Assembly: GCA_019748135.1 (NCBI GenBank)
Contig: JAIEPZ010000005.1
Coordinates: forward strand, 23,413 to 87,412
From: Hyphomicrobiales bacterium
Lineage (GTDB): Bacteria; Pseudomonadota; Alphaproteobacteria; Rhizobiales; UBA4765
DNA: 64,000 bases
Direction: 5' to 3'
The position numbers and the translations under genes were made by a program. Positions 17,150-26,440 of this stretch are shown here, piece by piece. Under the pieces are notes generated by a model. The model ran no database searches. It saw only the letters and a program-made list of their open reading frames with translations, and was not told the DNA's origin. Position 1 is the first letter of the stretch; the number at the start of each line of letters is the position of its first letter.

Positions 17150-17844
17150 GTCGCCAGGGCTTTCGGGTCAAGGGCAAGACCGGTGCCGATCATGGAGTTG
17201 CGGGTGACGAGCGCTGCCAGTTCGTCCTCGTTGAGGCCAGCGCTCCCGGCGGGACGCATGGGGAGAACGAGATAGCGCAGCTCGGAATTTGAATCCCAGA
17301 CCCGGATTTTGGTTGCCTCCGGCAGCACGACGCCGAAATCGGCCAATACACCGCGCGGGTCAATGATGGCACGTGAACGGTAGGGCGCTGACTTGTACCA
17401 GACCGGCGGCAGACCAAGAACCGGCCAGGGATAACAGGAGCAAAGCGTGCACACGATGAGGTTGTGGATCTCGGGCGTGTTCTCGACAATGATCATGTGT
17501 TCGCCGCCGCGCCCGCCCATGCCAAGCTCGGCGATGGCCTTTGTGCCATCATTCAGAAGGCGCTGGCGGTAATGCTCATCCACCCAGGCACGAGCGACCA
17601 CGCGGGCGCCATTGCGCGGACCGATTTTGGTTTCGTAAAGTTCGACGAGGGTGTCGACAGTGGCGCTTTCAACATAGCCTTTTTCGACCAGCAGGCTTTC
17701 AAGCGCGCGTACCCTGATGTCGGTTTCGCTCAGTTCGGACATCTCGCCATGATGGTGGTGGCCGTCATGGTGGTGGTGATGATGATCAGGATCGTCATGC
17801 ATAGCGGGATCGTCTCCTTCTCCCATGGCTCCTGTCAATGCCAT
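17146..17844 (-). CDS. nthA: Nitrile hydratase alpha subunit, cobalt type, with a possible His-rich N-terminal extension
   Basis: Metal site [10 protein letters not shown] (the Thr variant marks Co-type enzymes). The ORF stays open upstream through [17 protein letters not shown]. Alternative starts at 17826, 17802 and 17742; the last would exclude the His tract. Confidence 0.9.
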   Translation of the reverse strand: MALTGAMGEGDDPAMHDDPDHHHHHHDGHHHHGEMSELSETDIRVRALESLLVEKGYVESATVDTLVELYETKIGPRNGARVVARAWVDEHYRQRLLNDGTKAIAELGMGGRGGEHMIIVENTPEIHNLIVCTLCSCYPWPVLGLPPVWYKSAPYRSRAIIDPRGVLADFGVVLPEATKIRVWDSNSELRYLVLPMRPAGSAGLNEDELAALVTRNSMIGTGLALDPKALAT

Positions 17845-17865
17845 CGCGGCGCTAACAGGAACAGT

Positions 17866-18645
17866 TCATTCAGCCGCAGCCGCCGGCAGACCAAGGCGCT
17901 TGCCCTGATGTTGACGTACCGCCACGCCGAAGGCTTCGAATATCCGACGCGAGGGATGGTCGCTTGCCGCCCAATATTCCGGATGCCACTGGATGCCAAG
18001 AACAAAGCCCGGAGCGTTGGCGACCGATACCGCCTCGATGGTGCCATCAGCGGCGGTGGCGTCAATCATCAGGCGATCGGCGAGACGGGCGAGACCCTGG
18101 CGATGGAGCGAATTGACGGCAATCTCGCCCGGCGGAAGGATGCGGCCAAGGCAGCCATTCTTCTCGACATAGACCGGCTGGCGAATGCCATAACGCACGT
18201 CATTGTCGCTTGATTGCGGCGAGCGGTGATCGATGCGACCCGGCAGGGTCTGTATTTCGGTGTGGAGCGAACCGCCAAGGGCGACGTTGAGCTCCTGAAA
18301 GCCGCGGCAGATCGCCAGAAGCGGCACGCCTCTGGCAATTGCCGCGCGGATCAGCGGCAGGGTGGTCTGGTCGCGCAGGCGGTCATAGGGTTCGAATTCC
18401 GCCGCCGGCTCGACGCCATATTCGCCAGGGTAGACGTTGCTGCGTGAGCCGGTGCAGATGATGCCGTCGATTTGGGCCAGCAGGCTGTCAATATCCAGGC
18501 GCTGAGCCAGCGCGGGCAAGAGGAGCGGCGTGACGCTTGCCACGTCGGCGGCCGCATCGACATAGGTGGTTGGCGTCATATGCCAGTCATGGGGGTCGAC
18601 GCGCCGGTGATCGGCGGTGACAGCAACCAGCGGGCGCAACTTCAT
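17866..18645 (-). CDS. Peptidase C26 / class-I glutamine amidotransferase-like hydrolase (gamma-glutamyl-GABA hydrolase PuuD family)
   Basis: Nucleophile elbow LAICRGFQELNVALGG and GIQWHPE His motif. Start taken at MKLRPLVAV (18645). Confidence 0.8.
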   Translation of the reverse strand: MKLRPLVAVTADHRRVDPHDWHMTPTTYVDAAADVASVTPLLLPALAQRLDIDSLLAQIDGIICTGSRSNVYPGEYGVEPAAEFEPYDRLRDQTTLPLIRAAIARGVPLLAICRGFQELNVALGGSLHTEIQTLPGRIDHRSPQSSDNDVRYGIRQPVYVEKNGCLGRILPPGEIAVNSLHRQGLARLADRLMIDATAADGTIEAVSVANAPGFVLGIQWHPEYWAASDHPSRRIFEAFGVAVRQHQGKRLGLPAAAAE

Positions 18646-18759
18646 CAGGAAACCTCGTCGGCAAGCAGGCGGGATGCAAGCAAATGCTTCATACCTGGGC
18701 CAGGACATGATAGGCGGTCGAGAGGGCGAACATCAACCAGGCTCGGTAAGCATCTCACC

Positions 18760-19527
18760 ATGCGTGCGCAAGACGTTTTTTCCCTTGACGGGCGGGTGGC
18801 GTTGGTCACGGGCGCCGGATCGGGCCTTGGCCGGAGGTTTGCCGAGGTGCTGGCAGCCAATGGGGGGCGCGTCATCGTCAGCGATATTGATGGCGCATCG
18901 GCAAAAGAGACCGCCGCCGCCATCCTGTCGCAAGGCGGGCAAGCCATGGCTGTTGCCATCGATGTCACCAATGCGTCATCGATTGCCACCGGCTTGCGGG
19001 CGGGTGAGCGGGCATTTGGCCGGGTTGATGTCCTCGTCAACAATGCCGGTGTGTTGTCGAAGGGGCGGGCGATCACGCTCCCTGAAAGCGAATGGCGCCG
19101 CGTGTTTGATGTCAATCTCGACGGTGCCTGGCGGGTAGCCCAGCAGGTGGCGGCAAGCATGATTGAAGGGGAGGGGGGCGTTATCGTCAACATCGCCTCG
19201 GTGCTGGGGGTTGCGACTGGCAAGGGCGTGCTGCCCTATACGGTGGCCAAGGCCGGGCTGGTGCAGCTCACGCGCGCGCTGGCGCTGGAATGGGCTCCCG
19301 CCGGCATCCGGGTCAATGCGCTGGCGCCAGGATATGTTGCAACGCAACTCAATCGTGATTTCACCCTCGCCAAGGCCGGCGAGGGGTTACGCCGCCGGAT
19401 ACCGCAACGGCGCTTTGGCAAGGAGAGCGACCTGGATGGCGCCCTGCTGTTGCTGGCGTCCTCTGCATCAGCGTTCATGACAGGCAGTATCATCATCGTT
19501 GATGGTGGGCAGATGCTGACGGCGTGA
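18760..19527 (+). CDS. Short-chain dehydrogenase/reductase (SDR)
   Basis: TGAGSGLG cofactor motif and catalytic YTVAK (YxxxK). Start taken at MRAQDVF. The upstream part of the ORF is antisense to the C26 gene. Confidence 0.85.
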   Translation: MRAQDVFSLDGRVALVTGAGSGLGRRFAEVLAANGGRVIVSDIDGASAKETAAAILSQGGQAMAVAIDVTNASSIATGLRAGERAFGRVDVLVNNAGVLSKGRAITLPESEWRRVFDVNLDGAWRVAQQVAASMIEGEGGVIVNIASVLGVATGKGVLPYTVAKAGLVQLTRALALEWAPAGIRVNALAPGYVATQLNRDFTLAKAGEGLRRRIPQRRFGKESDLDGALLLLASSASAFMTGSIIIVDGGQMLTA

Positions 19528-19562
19528 AGCGAGAAAATTGTCGGAATTTCCGGGAGGCGAGA

Positions 19563-20792
19563 ATGGATTTCACGTTGCCGCGCGCGCTCGACGAGGTGCG
19601 CCTGAGAACACGAGCATTCGTTGCTGACCACATCCTGCCGCTGGAAGCGCAGGCGGACGCTTATGATGACCACGAGAACATCCGCCTCGACCTGCTCGCT
19701 CAGTTGCGGGAGAAGGCGAAAGCTGCCGGCCTGTGGGCGCCGCAATCGGCTCGCGAGCTTGGCGGTATGGATTTGCCGATCATCGGCTGGGCAGCCATGT
19801 ATGAGGAAGCCAACCGCTCGATCTTCGGGCCGGCGGTGTTCAACTGCGCCGCACCCGATGACGGCAATATGCGTGTGTTGCGCAAAGTGGCGACACCTGC
19901 CCAGCAGGAGCGCTGGCTGAAGCCTATCGTCGAGGGCAGGGTGCGCTCATCCTTCGTCATGACGGAACCCCATCCGGGTGCGGGCTCGGACCCGTCGATG
20001 ACGCTGACGACCGCCACCCGCAAGGGCAATAATCGCTGGGTCATCAACGGGCACAAATGGTTCATCACCGGGGCCGGCGTCGCACAGCATTTCATCTTGC
20101 TGGCGCGCACTTCCGATGATCCCAGGCGTGGCCTGTCGGCCTTTCTTTTTGATCGCGATCAGCCTGGCTGGTCGATTGTGCGGCGTATTCCCATCATGGG
20201 GCCGGAGGAGCATGGCGGCCATTGCGAAATGGTGTTCGACGGGCTCGAAATCCCCGATGAGGCGATGCTCATGGGTGAAGGGGATGGGCTCAAGCTGGCG
20301 CAGATCCGTCTAGGTCCGGCACGGCTCACGCATTGCATGCGCTGGCTGGGGCTTGCGAAGCGGGCGATGGAAATTGCCTATGCCTATGTCGAGACGCGCG
20401 AAAGCTTTGGTATCAAATTGTCGCAGCGCGAGAGCGTGCAGATCAAGCTGGGCAGAGTGGCAGCAGCCATTGAGATCGGCAGACTTCTGGTGATGAAGGC
20501 AGCGTGGGAGCTTGACCAAGGCGGGCGGGCACGGACGGCGGTGTCGATGGCCAAAATCCAGGTTGCCGATACGCTGCACCTGGCCGCCGACACGGCAATC
20601 CAGCTCAACGGCGCGCGCGGCTATTCCCAGGATACCGTTCTGGAGTGGATCTACCGTTACGCCCGTCAGGCGCGCCTCGTCGATGGCGCCTCGGAAGTTC
20701 ACGAAATGGTTCTGGCGAAGGCCTATGCGTCCGCCGGCGATGATTTCTGGCGCTGGGGCGAAGACGGGGATCGGTCGCATTTTGGCAATTGA
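19563..20792 (+). CDS. Acyl-CoA dehydrogenase family protein
   Basis: About 410 aa with full-length ACAD architecture (KWFITGA..., QLNGARGY...). Start taken at MDFTLPR. Confidence 0.88.
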   Translation: MDFTLPRALDEVRLRTRAFVADHILPLEAQADAYDDHENIRLDLLAQLREKAKAAGLWAPQSARELGGMDLPIIGWAAMYEEANRSIFGPAVFNCAAPDDGNMRVLRKVATPAQQERWLKPIVEGRVRSSFVMTEPHPGAGSDPSMTLTTATRKGNNRWVINGHKWFITGAGVAQHFILLARTSDDPRRGLSAFLFDRDQPGWSIVRRIPIMGPEEHGGHCEMVFDGLEIPDEAMLMGEGDGLKLAQIRLGPARLTHCMRWLGLAKRAMEIAYAYVETRESFGIKLSQRESVQIKLGRVAAAIEIGRLLVMKAAWELDQGGRARTAVSMAKIQVADTLHLAADTAIQLNGARGYSQDTVLEWIYRYARQARLVDGASEVHEMVLAKAYASAGDDFWRWGEDGDRSHFGN

Positions 20793-20875
20793 TTTTATGT
20801 GAAATTAACGGAATTCGCGCACTTAATCCAGCCAGGGCGGCACAATATTGCTTGCTGCTAAACCAGGATGGTTGA

Positions 20876-22204
20876 GTGATGCGTTTTACTCGCGACAGTC
20901 TGTTGTCAAGGTTTGTGCAGCGACAGGATGGCGCTGTCGCCCTGATGTTTGGCCTGGTCGGCCTGGTGCTGCTGATGCTGGTTGGCGGTGCGATTGATTA
21001 TTCCCGCGCGGCCAATGAGCGTACCCGTCTGCAATCGGCCATCGATGCGACGGGCCTTGCGCTCGTACATTTGCCAAGTGACACCAGCGCTGCGGTCATA
21101 AGCCAGCAGGCGCTGGCCTTCTTCAGCAGCGTTTATAAGCCCTCGCCGGGATTTTCAACGCCGCGTCTCACCGCAACGCAGATGGCAAACGGCATCAAGC
21201 TCGAAGCCGTGAACGATGTGCCGCTTTCGGTTCTGGCGCTGACGGGAACCAATAGCTGGCCGGTTGGGGTCAGCTCGCAAACGGTCTATGGCAAGAACAA
21301 GATCGAGATCGCGCTTGTTCTCGACAATTCGGGATCGATGGCGATCGATGGTAAAATCGCGGCGCTTAAAAACGCTGTCGATAATCTGATCACCCAATTG
21401 TCGTCACTTGTGGCCAATCCCGGGGACGTGAAGTTATCGCTGGTGCCGTTCAATACGCAGGTGAATATCGGTACTGGTTATGCCAGCAGCTCAGCGCTGC
21501 GCTTCGACGTGGACGTTTCCAATCCGCATATTCGCAACTACATCAAAAATTTCGGTATTTCCCGCTACGCCCCGATACCTGCCAATTGGCCGGGCTGCGT
21601 CTCGGATCGCGATGATGACTATCAGGATTATGATACCAAGGGTGATGCGCCGACGACCGCGAAGGAATCGAAGTATGTAGCGGCCTACTGCCATTATTAT
21701 GTCGGCGGATATCCCGTTGCGGGTCAGCAGATCACGGCGATGAAGGCGTTGACGACGGATCTGGAAAGCGTGCGGGCTGCGTCCAACAGCATGATCCCCA
21801 CAGGCGCCACCAACATCACCATCGGTCTGGTCACCGGTCTGGCGACATTGCGCGCTGACACACCGTTTGGCGCCCAAAGTGCGACGGATACGTTCACCAA
21901 TAAATTCGTCATCGTCTTCACCGATGGGCACAACACGCAGAACCGTTTCAAGGGCAATGGTTTCGATAAAAATGCCGAGTCGCCGCAGGTTGATGCGCGC
22001 TTTTCGAAAGCCTGCGACAATGCCCGCTCATCTGCCCGCGCCGTGATCTTCACGGTGGGCATCGGCGATGGGGCCAATGACCTCCTGCGGTCCTGCGCGA
22101 CCGATCCCGCCGCCTATTATTTTCCGATCTCCAGCGCATCTCAGATTGGCGCGGCTTTCGAGGCGATTCTCGGCCAGATCACCAAGATCCGTACCAGCCG
22201 GTGA
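20876..22204 (+). CDS. TadE/TadG-like N-terminal domain plus von Willebrand A domain protein
   Basis: N-terminus DGAVALMFGLVGLVLLMLVGGAIDYSRA (Flp pilus TadG-like). MIDAS motif LVLDNSGSM. Confidence 0.75.
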   Translation: MMRFTRDSLLSRFVQRQDGAVALMFGLVGLVLLMLVGGAIDYSRAANERTRLQSAIDATGLALVHLPSDTSAAVISQQALAFFSSVYKPSPGFSTPRLTATQMANGIKLEAVNDVPLSVLALTGTNSWPVGVSSQTVYGKNKIEIALVLDNSGSMAIDGKIAALKNAVDNLITQLSSLVANPGDVKLSLVPFNTQVNIGTGYASSSALRFDVDVSNPHIRNYIKNFGISRYAPIPANWPGCVSDRDDDYQDYDTKGDAPTTAKESKYVAAYCHYYVGGYPVAGQQITAMKALTTDLESVRAASNSMIPTGATNITIGLVTGLATLRADTPFGAQSATDTFTNKFVIVFTDGHNTQNRFKGNGFDKNAESPQVDARFSKACDNARSSARAVIFTVGIGDGANDLLRSCATDPAAYYFPISSASQIGAAFEAILGQITKIRTSR

Positions 22205-22234
22205 GGCGCGATACCTCCCTCACATGAATGTGCG

Positions 22235-22459
22235 TTGCCAAAGACGGGGTATGATAAGCCAGTTCTGCCTGTCCTGAAGCATCTTGCGCTGGGTCTGGTC
22301 ATCGCACCTGGAATCGTCCAATCGGTGAACGCGCTGGAGGCTAACGTCTTCTTCTCGGATGAGGCGCGCGATACCTTCCAGCCTGGCCTCAAGGCCAACA
22401 TCAAGGATGCGCAGTCCAAATGGCCCGAGGTCATCAAGTTGACCAAAGTCATCCGCTGA
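22235..22459 (+). CDS. Possible small exported protein (hypothetical)
   Basis: 74-aa ORF with GC3-rich codons and a signal-like segment (LALGLVIAPGIVQSVNA/LEA). No family recognised. Confidence 0.35.
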   Translation: MPKTGYDKPVLPVLKHLALGLVIAPGIVQSVNALEANVFFSDEARDTFQPGLKANIKDAQSKWPEVIKLTKVIR

Positions 22460-22788
22460 GCGGCGCGAAAATGTTGGGTTGAAACGCGAGCGTCCGGTGG
22501 GAAGGCCGGGCATTTTCGTTCGTCTGAAGCAATGATAATGTAATATTATTGCCATTAAATGTTCTTTTTCAAAATTGCAGGGCCCATTTATTTATGTCAG
22601 CTTTACTGACGTAAATTGACCGTTCGATCCACTCACCCTTATGCCGGATGGCTGCGTCGATAGGGCTTTAACAGCGGATGATTCGGCGTATGCTGATCAT
22701 ATGAAGACCTCGCGGCAAGCGGGGCGCCGGGGACGCGAAACGTGCATAAACGGCGCGCTGGATTTCCCAGCCGTTCAGGGAGGTAATC

Positions 22789-25700
22789 ATGGCTGCTGAT
22801 GGTCTCGATCCTCAGGCGATCGCCCTGCGCAAGGTCAGTCTGGATGACCGCTTCGATCTTTCTCAGCGTGATATCTTTTCGTCCGGGGTCCATGCGCTGA
22901 TCAGGCTGTGCCTGATGCAGAAGGCGCGCGACAAGGCGGCCGGCCTCGATACGGCCGGCTATGTCTCGGGCTATCGCGGCTCACCGCTTGGCGGTGTCGA
23001 CCAGAATTTCATGCGGCAGAAAAAACTGCTGGATGCCAACGATATCCTGTTTCACCCCGCCATCAACGAGGATCTGGCGGCGACTGCGCTGTGGGGCACG
23101 CAGCAGGCACAGTTGCGCGGCGAAGGCCGCAAGGACGGCGTCTTTGGCATCTGGTATGGCAAGGGACCGGGGGTTGATCGCTGCGGCGATGTGTTTCGCC
23201 ACGCCAATCTTGCCGGCACGGCACCGCATGGCGGCGTGCTTGCACTCATGGGGGATGACCATACCGCTGAATCCTCAACCACGGCTCATCAATCGGAATT
23301 CCACCTGCTCGACGCGATGATGCCGATCCTGCATCCAGCGGGTGTGCAGGAATTGCTCGATTACGGCCTTTACGGCTTTGCCCTGTCGCGTTTCGCCGGT
23401 GTCTGGGTTGGTCTCAAATGCATGAAGGATACGGTTGAATCGACGGCTTCCGTCGATGGTTCGCCTGACCGGGTGACGATCGTCACGCCCGATTTTGCCT
23501 TTCCGCCGGGCGGCGTCCACATCCGCATCGTCGATGATTTCCTTGAACAGGAAGCGCGGCTGCATGAGGTCAAGCGGGCGGCAGCCGTTGCCTTTCTCAA
23601 GGCCAACCAGCTCGACCGCACAATTTTTTCGGGCGGGCCGGCAGCGAAGATCGGCATCATCACCGTCGGCAAGCCTTATCTCGATGTGCGCCAGGCGCTC
23701 GATGATCTGGGCATCGACGAAGCAAAGGCTGCCCAGCTGGGACTGCGCCTTTTGAAAATCGCGGCGCCATGGCCGATTGTTCCTGAAACGATTGCCGCAT
23801 TCGCTGAAGGCCTTGACCATATCATCGTGGTCGAGGAAAAACGCTCGCTGATCGAGGTGCAGGTCCGCGAGGAGCTTTATGGCCGCGATCACGCCCCGAT
23901 CCTGGTAGGCAAGCATGATGAAAAAGGCGCTTGGCTGTTCCCGGTCAAGGGGGCGCTTGATCCCAACATGATCGCCTTGGCGGTTGGCGAACGGGTTCTG
24001 CGCTACAGTTTTGATGCGCAGGTGGCAGCCCGGCTCAAGCGGATGCAGGATATCGAAGCGCGGCGTCACGACCAGAAGGATATCGCGGTTCGCACCGCCT
24101 ATTTCTGTTCAGGTTGCCCGCACAATACCTCGACCAAACTGCCTGACGGCGCGCGCGCCTATGCGGGCATTGGCTGCCATTACATGGTGCAGTGGATGGA
24201 CCGCGAGACGAGCGGATTCACGCAGATGGGCGGCGAGGGCGCCAACTGGATCGGCGAGGCGCCGTTTTCAACGCGCGGCCACGTGTTCCAGAATCTGGGC
24301 GATGGCACCTATAACCATTCCGGCGTGCTGGCGCTCAGGGCGGCAGTGGCCGCCAAGGTGAACATTACCTACAAGATCCTGTTCAATGACGCGGTGGCGA
24401 TGACGGGTGGCCAGCGCCATGAAGGCAATCTGAGCGTCGCGGCGATTGCGGCTCAGGTGCGGGCCGAGGGTGTCGAGCGCATCGCCATCATTGCCGATGA
24501 TCCCGCCAAATACCCGCCAGGGACCTCCTTTCCTTCGGGGTCCAGCCTGCATGAGCGTGGCGAGCTTGATGCGGTGCAGCGTGAGCTTGCACAGATCCCC
24601 GGTGTGACGGCTCTCATCTATGACCAGACCTGCGCGTCCGAGAAGCGGCGGCGGCGCAAGCGCGGCGAATACCCCGATCCCGACAAGCGCGTCATCATCA
24701 ACGAACTGGTCTGCGAGGGGTGTGGCGATTGCGGGATCAAGTCGAACTGCGTTTCGGTTGTGCCGCTTGAAACGGAGTTTGGACGCAAGCGAGCGATCGA
24801 TCAGTCAAGCTGCAACAAGGATTTTTCCTGCGTCAACGGGTTCTGTCCGTCATTTGTCACCGTCCATGGCGCCAAGGTGAAAAAAGCTGAGCGGCTCGCC
24901 GAGGGCGCGTCCGGCCTCCTTGCCAATCTGCCCGAGCCTGTGCTGAAGCCGCTCACCGGTTCCTATGGCATTCTGGTCACCGGGGTCGGCGGCACCGGCG
25001 TGGTGACGATTGGTCAGATCATCGGCATGGCCGCCCATGTCGAGCGCAAGGGCTGCGGTGTCATCGACATGGCAGGCCTGGCGCAGAAGGGCGGGGCGGT
25101 TTACGTCCATGTACGGATTGCCGAGAAGCCTGAACAGATTCAAGCGATCCGGGTGCCGGCGGGTGGCGCCGAACTGGTGATCGGGGGTGATCTTCTGGTC
25201 ACCGGTTCGGCCAAGGTGCTGTCGGCGATCAAGCCGGGCGAGACCCTGCTGGTCGTTAACACGCAGGAGACGATGACGGGTGATTTTGCCCGCTCGGCCG
25301 ATTTTTCGCTACCGTTCGAGCGGCTGAAGCGGAAAATTGCAGCAGAAGGCGGAACAAAGGCTGCCTTCGTGCCGGCGAGCGCGTGGGCAACGGCGCTGTT
25401 TGGCAATTCGATTGCCAGCAACATGTTCCTCCTCGGCCATGCCTGGCAGATGGGCGGTATTCCCTTGTCACAAGCCGCGCTCAAGGAAGCGATCCGCCTC
25501 AACGGTGAAGCGGTTGCCATGAACCTGGCTGCCTTCGACTGGGGGCGGCTTGCCGCTGTTGATGCGCCACAGGTCGCCCGGCTGGTCGATGCCGCGCGCC
25601 CGCAAAGCGTTGATCAGCACAAATCGTCGAGCTTTGAGGAAATGGTCGAGCGCCGCCGCGCTTTTCTCATCGGCTACCAGAATGAAGCCTACGCCGAGCG

Positions 25701-26292
25701 CTACAGCGAGCGCGTCAAGCTGATCGCTGCTGCGGAAGAGCGCGTCGCGCCCGGCAGCCGCGATCTCAGAGAGGCGGTTGCGCGTTTTCTCTTCAAGCTC
25801 ATGTCCTACAAGGACGAGTATGAGGTGGCGCGCCTTTATACCGATGGCAGCTTCAAAGCGCAGCTCTCCGCGCAGTTTGGCGAGTTTGACAAGCTTGAAT
25901 TCCACCTGGCGCCGCCCCTCCTGTCGCGGCGTGACCCGCGCACCGGTGAGGCCATCAAGCAGAGCTTTGGCCCGTGGATGATGAAGGCCTTCGGTGCACT
26001 CGCCCGGCTCAAGGGATTGCGCGGCACGGTCTTCGACCTCTTCGGTCACACCGAGGAGCGGCGGATGGAGCGGCGTCTCATCAGCGACTACGAAAGCCTG
26101 CTTGACGACATGGTAACCAGGCTGTCGCCTGACAATCACGTGGCGGCTGTGGCGCTTGCCAGCCTGCCGGATAAAATCCGCGGCTTTGGTCATGTGAAGG
26201 AGCGCAGCGTCAAGATCGCGGAAGGGGAGAAGGCTGCTTTGCTGGACGCCTTCCATAAGGGCAAGCCAATTGTCGCACGAGCGGCGGAGTAG
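22789..26292 (+). CDS. Fused indolepyruvate:ferredoxin oxidoreductase family protein (IorA-IorB fusion)
   Basis: 1167 aa. TPP motif GDGTYNHSG. Ferredoxin-type CEGCGDCGIKSNC...C. C-terminal IorB-like half. GGAGG Shine-Dalgarno before the ATG. Confidence 0.9.
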   Translation: MAADGLDPQAIALRKVSLDDRFDLSQRDIFSSGVHALIRLCLMQKARDKAAGLDTAGYVSGYRGSPLGGVDQNFMRQKKLLDANDILFHPAINEDLAATALWGTQQAQLRGEGRKDGVFGIWYGKGPGVDRCGDVFRHANLAGTAPHGGVLALMGDDHTAESSTTAHQSEFHLLDAMMPILHPAGVQELLDYGLYGFALSRFAGVWVGLKCMKDTVESTASVDGSPDRVTIVTPDFAFPPGGVHIRIVDDFLEQEARLHEVKRAAAVAFLKANQLDRTIFSGGPAAKIGIITVGKPYLDVRQALDDLGIDEAKAAQLGLRLLKIAAPWPIVPETIAAFAEGLDHIIVVEEKRSLIEVQVREELYGRDHAPILVGKHDEKGAWLFPVKGALDPNMIALAVGERVLRYSFDAQVAARLKRMQDIEARRHDQKDIAVRTAYFCSGCPHNTSTKLPDGARAYAGIGCHYMVQWMDRETSGFTQMGGEGANWIGEAPFSTRGHVFQNLGDGTYNHSGVLALRAAVAAKVNITYKILFNDAVAMTGGQRHEGNLSVAAIAAQVRAEGVERIAIIADDPAKYPPGTSFPSGSSLHERGELDAVQRELAQIPGVTALIYDQTCASEKRRRRKRGEYPDPDKRVIINELVCEGCGDCGIKSNCVSVVPLETEFGRKRAIDQSSCNKDFSCVNGFCPSFVTVHGAKVKKAERLAEGASGLLANLPEPVLKPLTGSYGILVTGVGGTGVVTIGQIIGMAAHVERKGCGVIDMAGLAQKGGAVYVHVRIAEKPEQIQAIRVPAGGAELVIGGDLLVTGSAKVLSAIKPGETLLVVNTQETMTGDFARSADFSLPFERLKRKIAAEGGTKAAFVPASAWATALFGNSIASNMFLLGHAWQMGGIPLSQAALKEAIRLNGEAVAMNLAAFDWGRLAAVDAPQVARLVDAARPQSVDQHKSSSFEEMVERRRAFLIGYQNEAYAERYSERVKLIAAAEERVAPGSRDLREAVARFLFKLMSYKDEYEVARLYTDGSFKAQLSAQFGEFDKLEFHLAPPLLSRRDPRTGEAIKQSFGPWMMKAFGALARLKGLRGTVFDLFGHTEERRMERRLISDYESLLDDMVTRLSPDNHVAAVALASLPDKIRGFGHVKERSVKIAEGEKAALLDAFHKGKPIVARAAE

Positions 26293-26440
26293 AGGTTGAT
26301 CGCTTTTTTCCTGCGTTTGGTATGGCGTCAACTTCATACGAAGGTGATAGAAAGAACTCCTTGATTTATGCCTCCCGCGCAGGCTCTATTGCTGTTTGGG
26401 AACTGGCACCGGAAAACCGGGCCGTAGCAAGGAGGCAGCG

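Noticed and set aside
18472-18759. N-terminal extension of the SDR ORF (351 aa in the ORF track). Similar 5' extensions occur on ORFs at 47334-48560, 50979-52154, 43101-44111, 41199-42395, 28303-29259 and 16126-16689.
   Set aside because: The extensions overlap neighbouring genes or divergent promoter regions and lack homology-like sequence. Internal ATG/GTG codons with Shine-Dalgarno motifs or ATGA coupling give family-typical lengths.
22596-22610. Inverted repeat GTCAG-N5-CTGAC in the AT-rich region upstream of the IOR gene, considered as a possible operator.
   Set aside because: The arms are only 5 bp and do not extend. This is too short to distinguish from chance.
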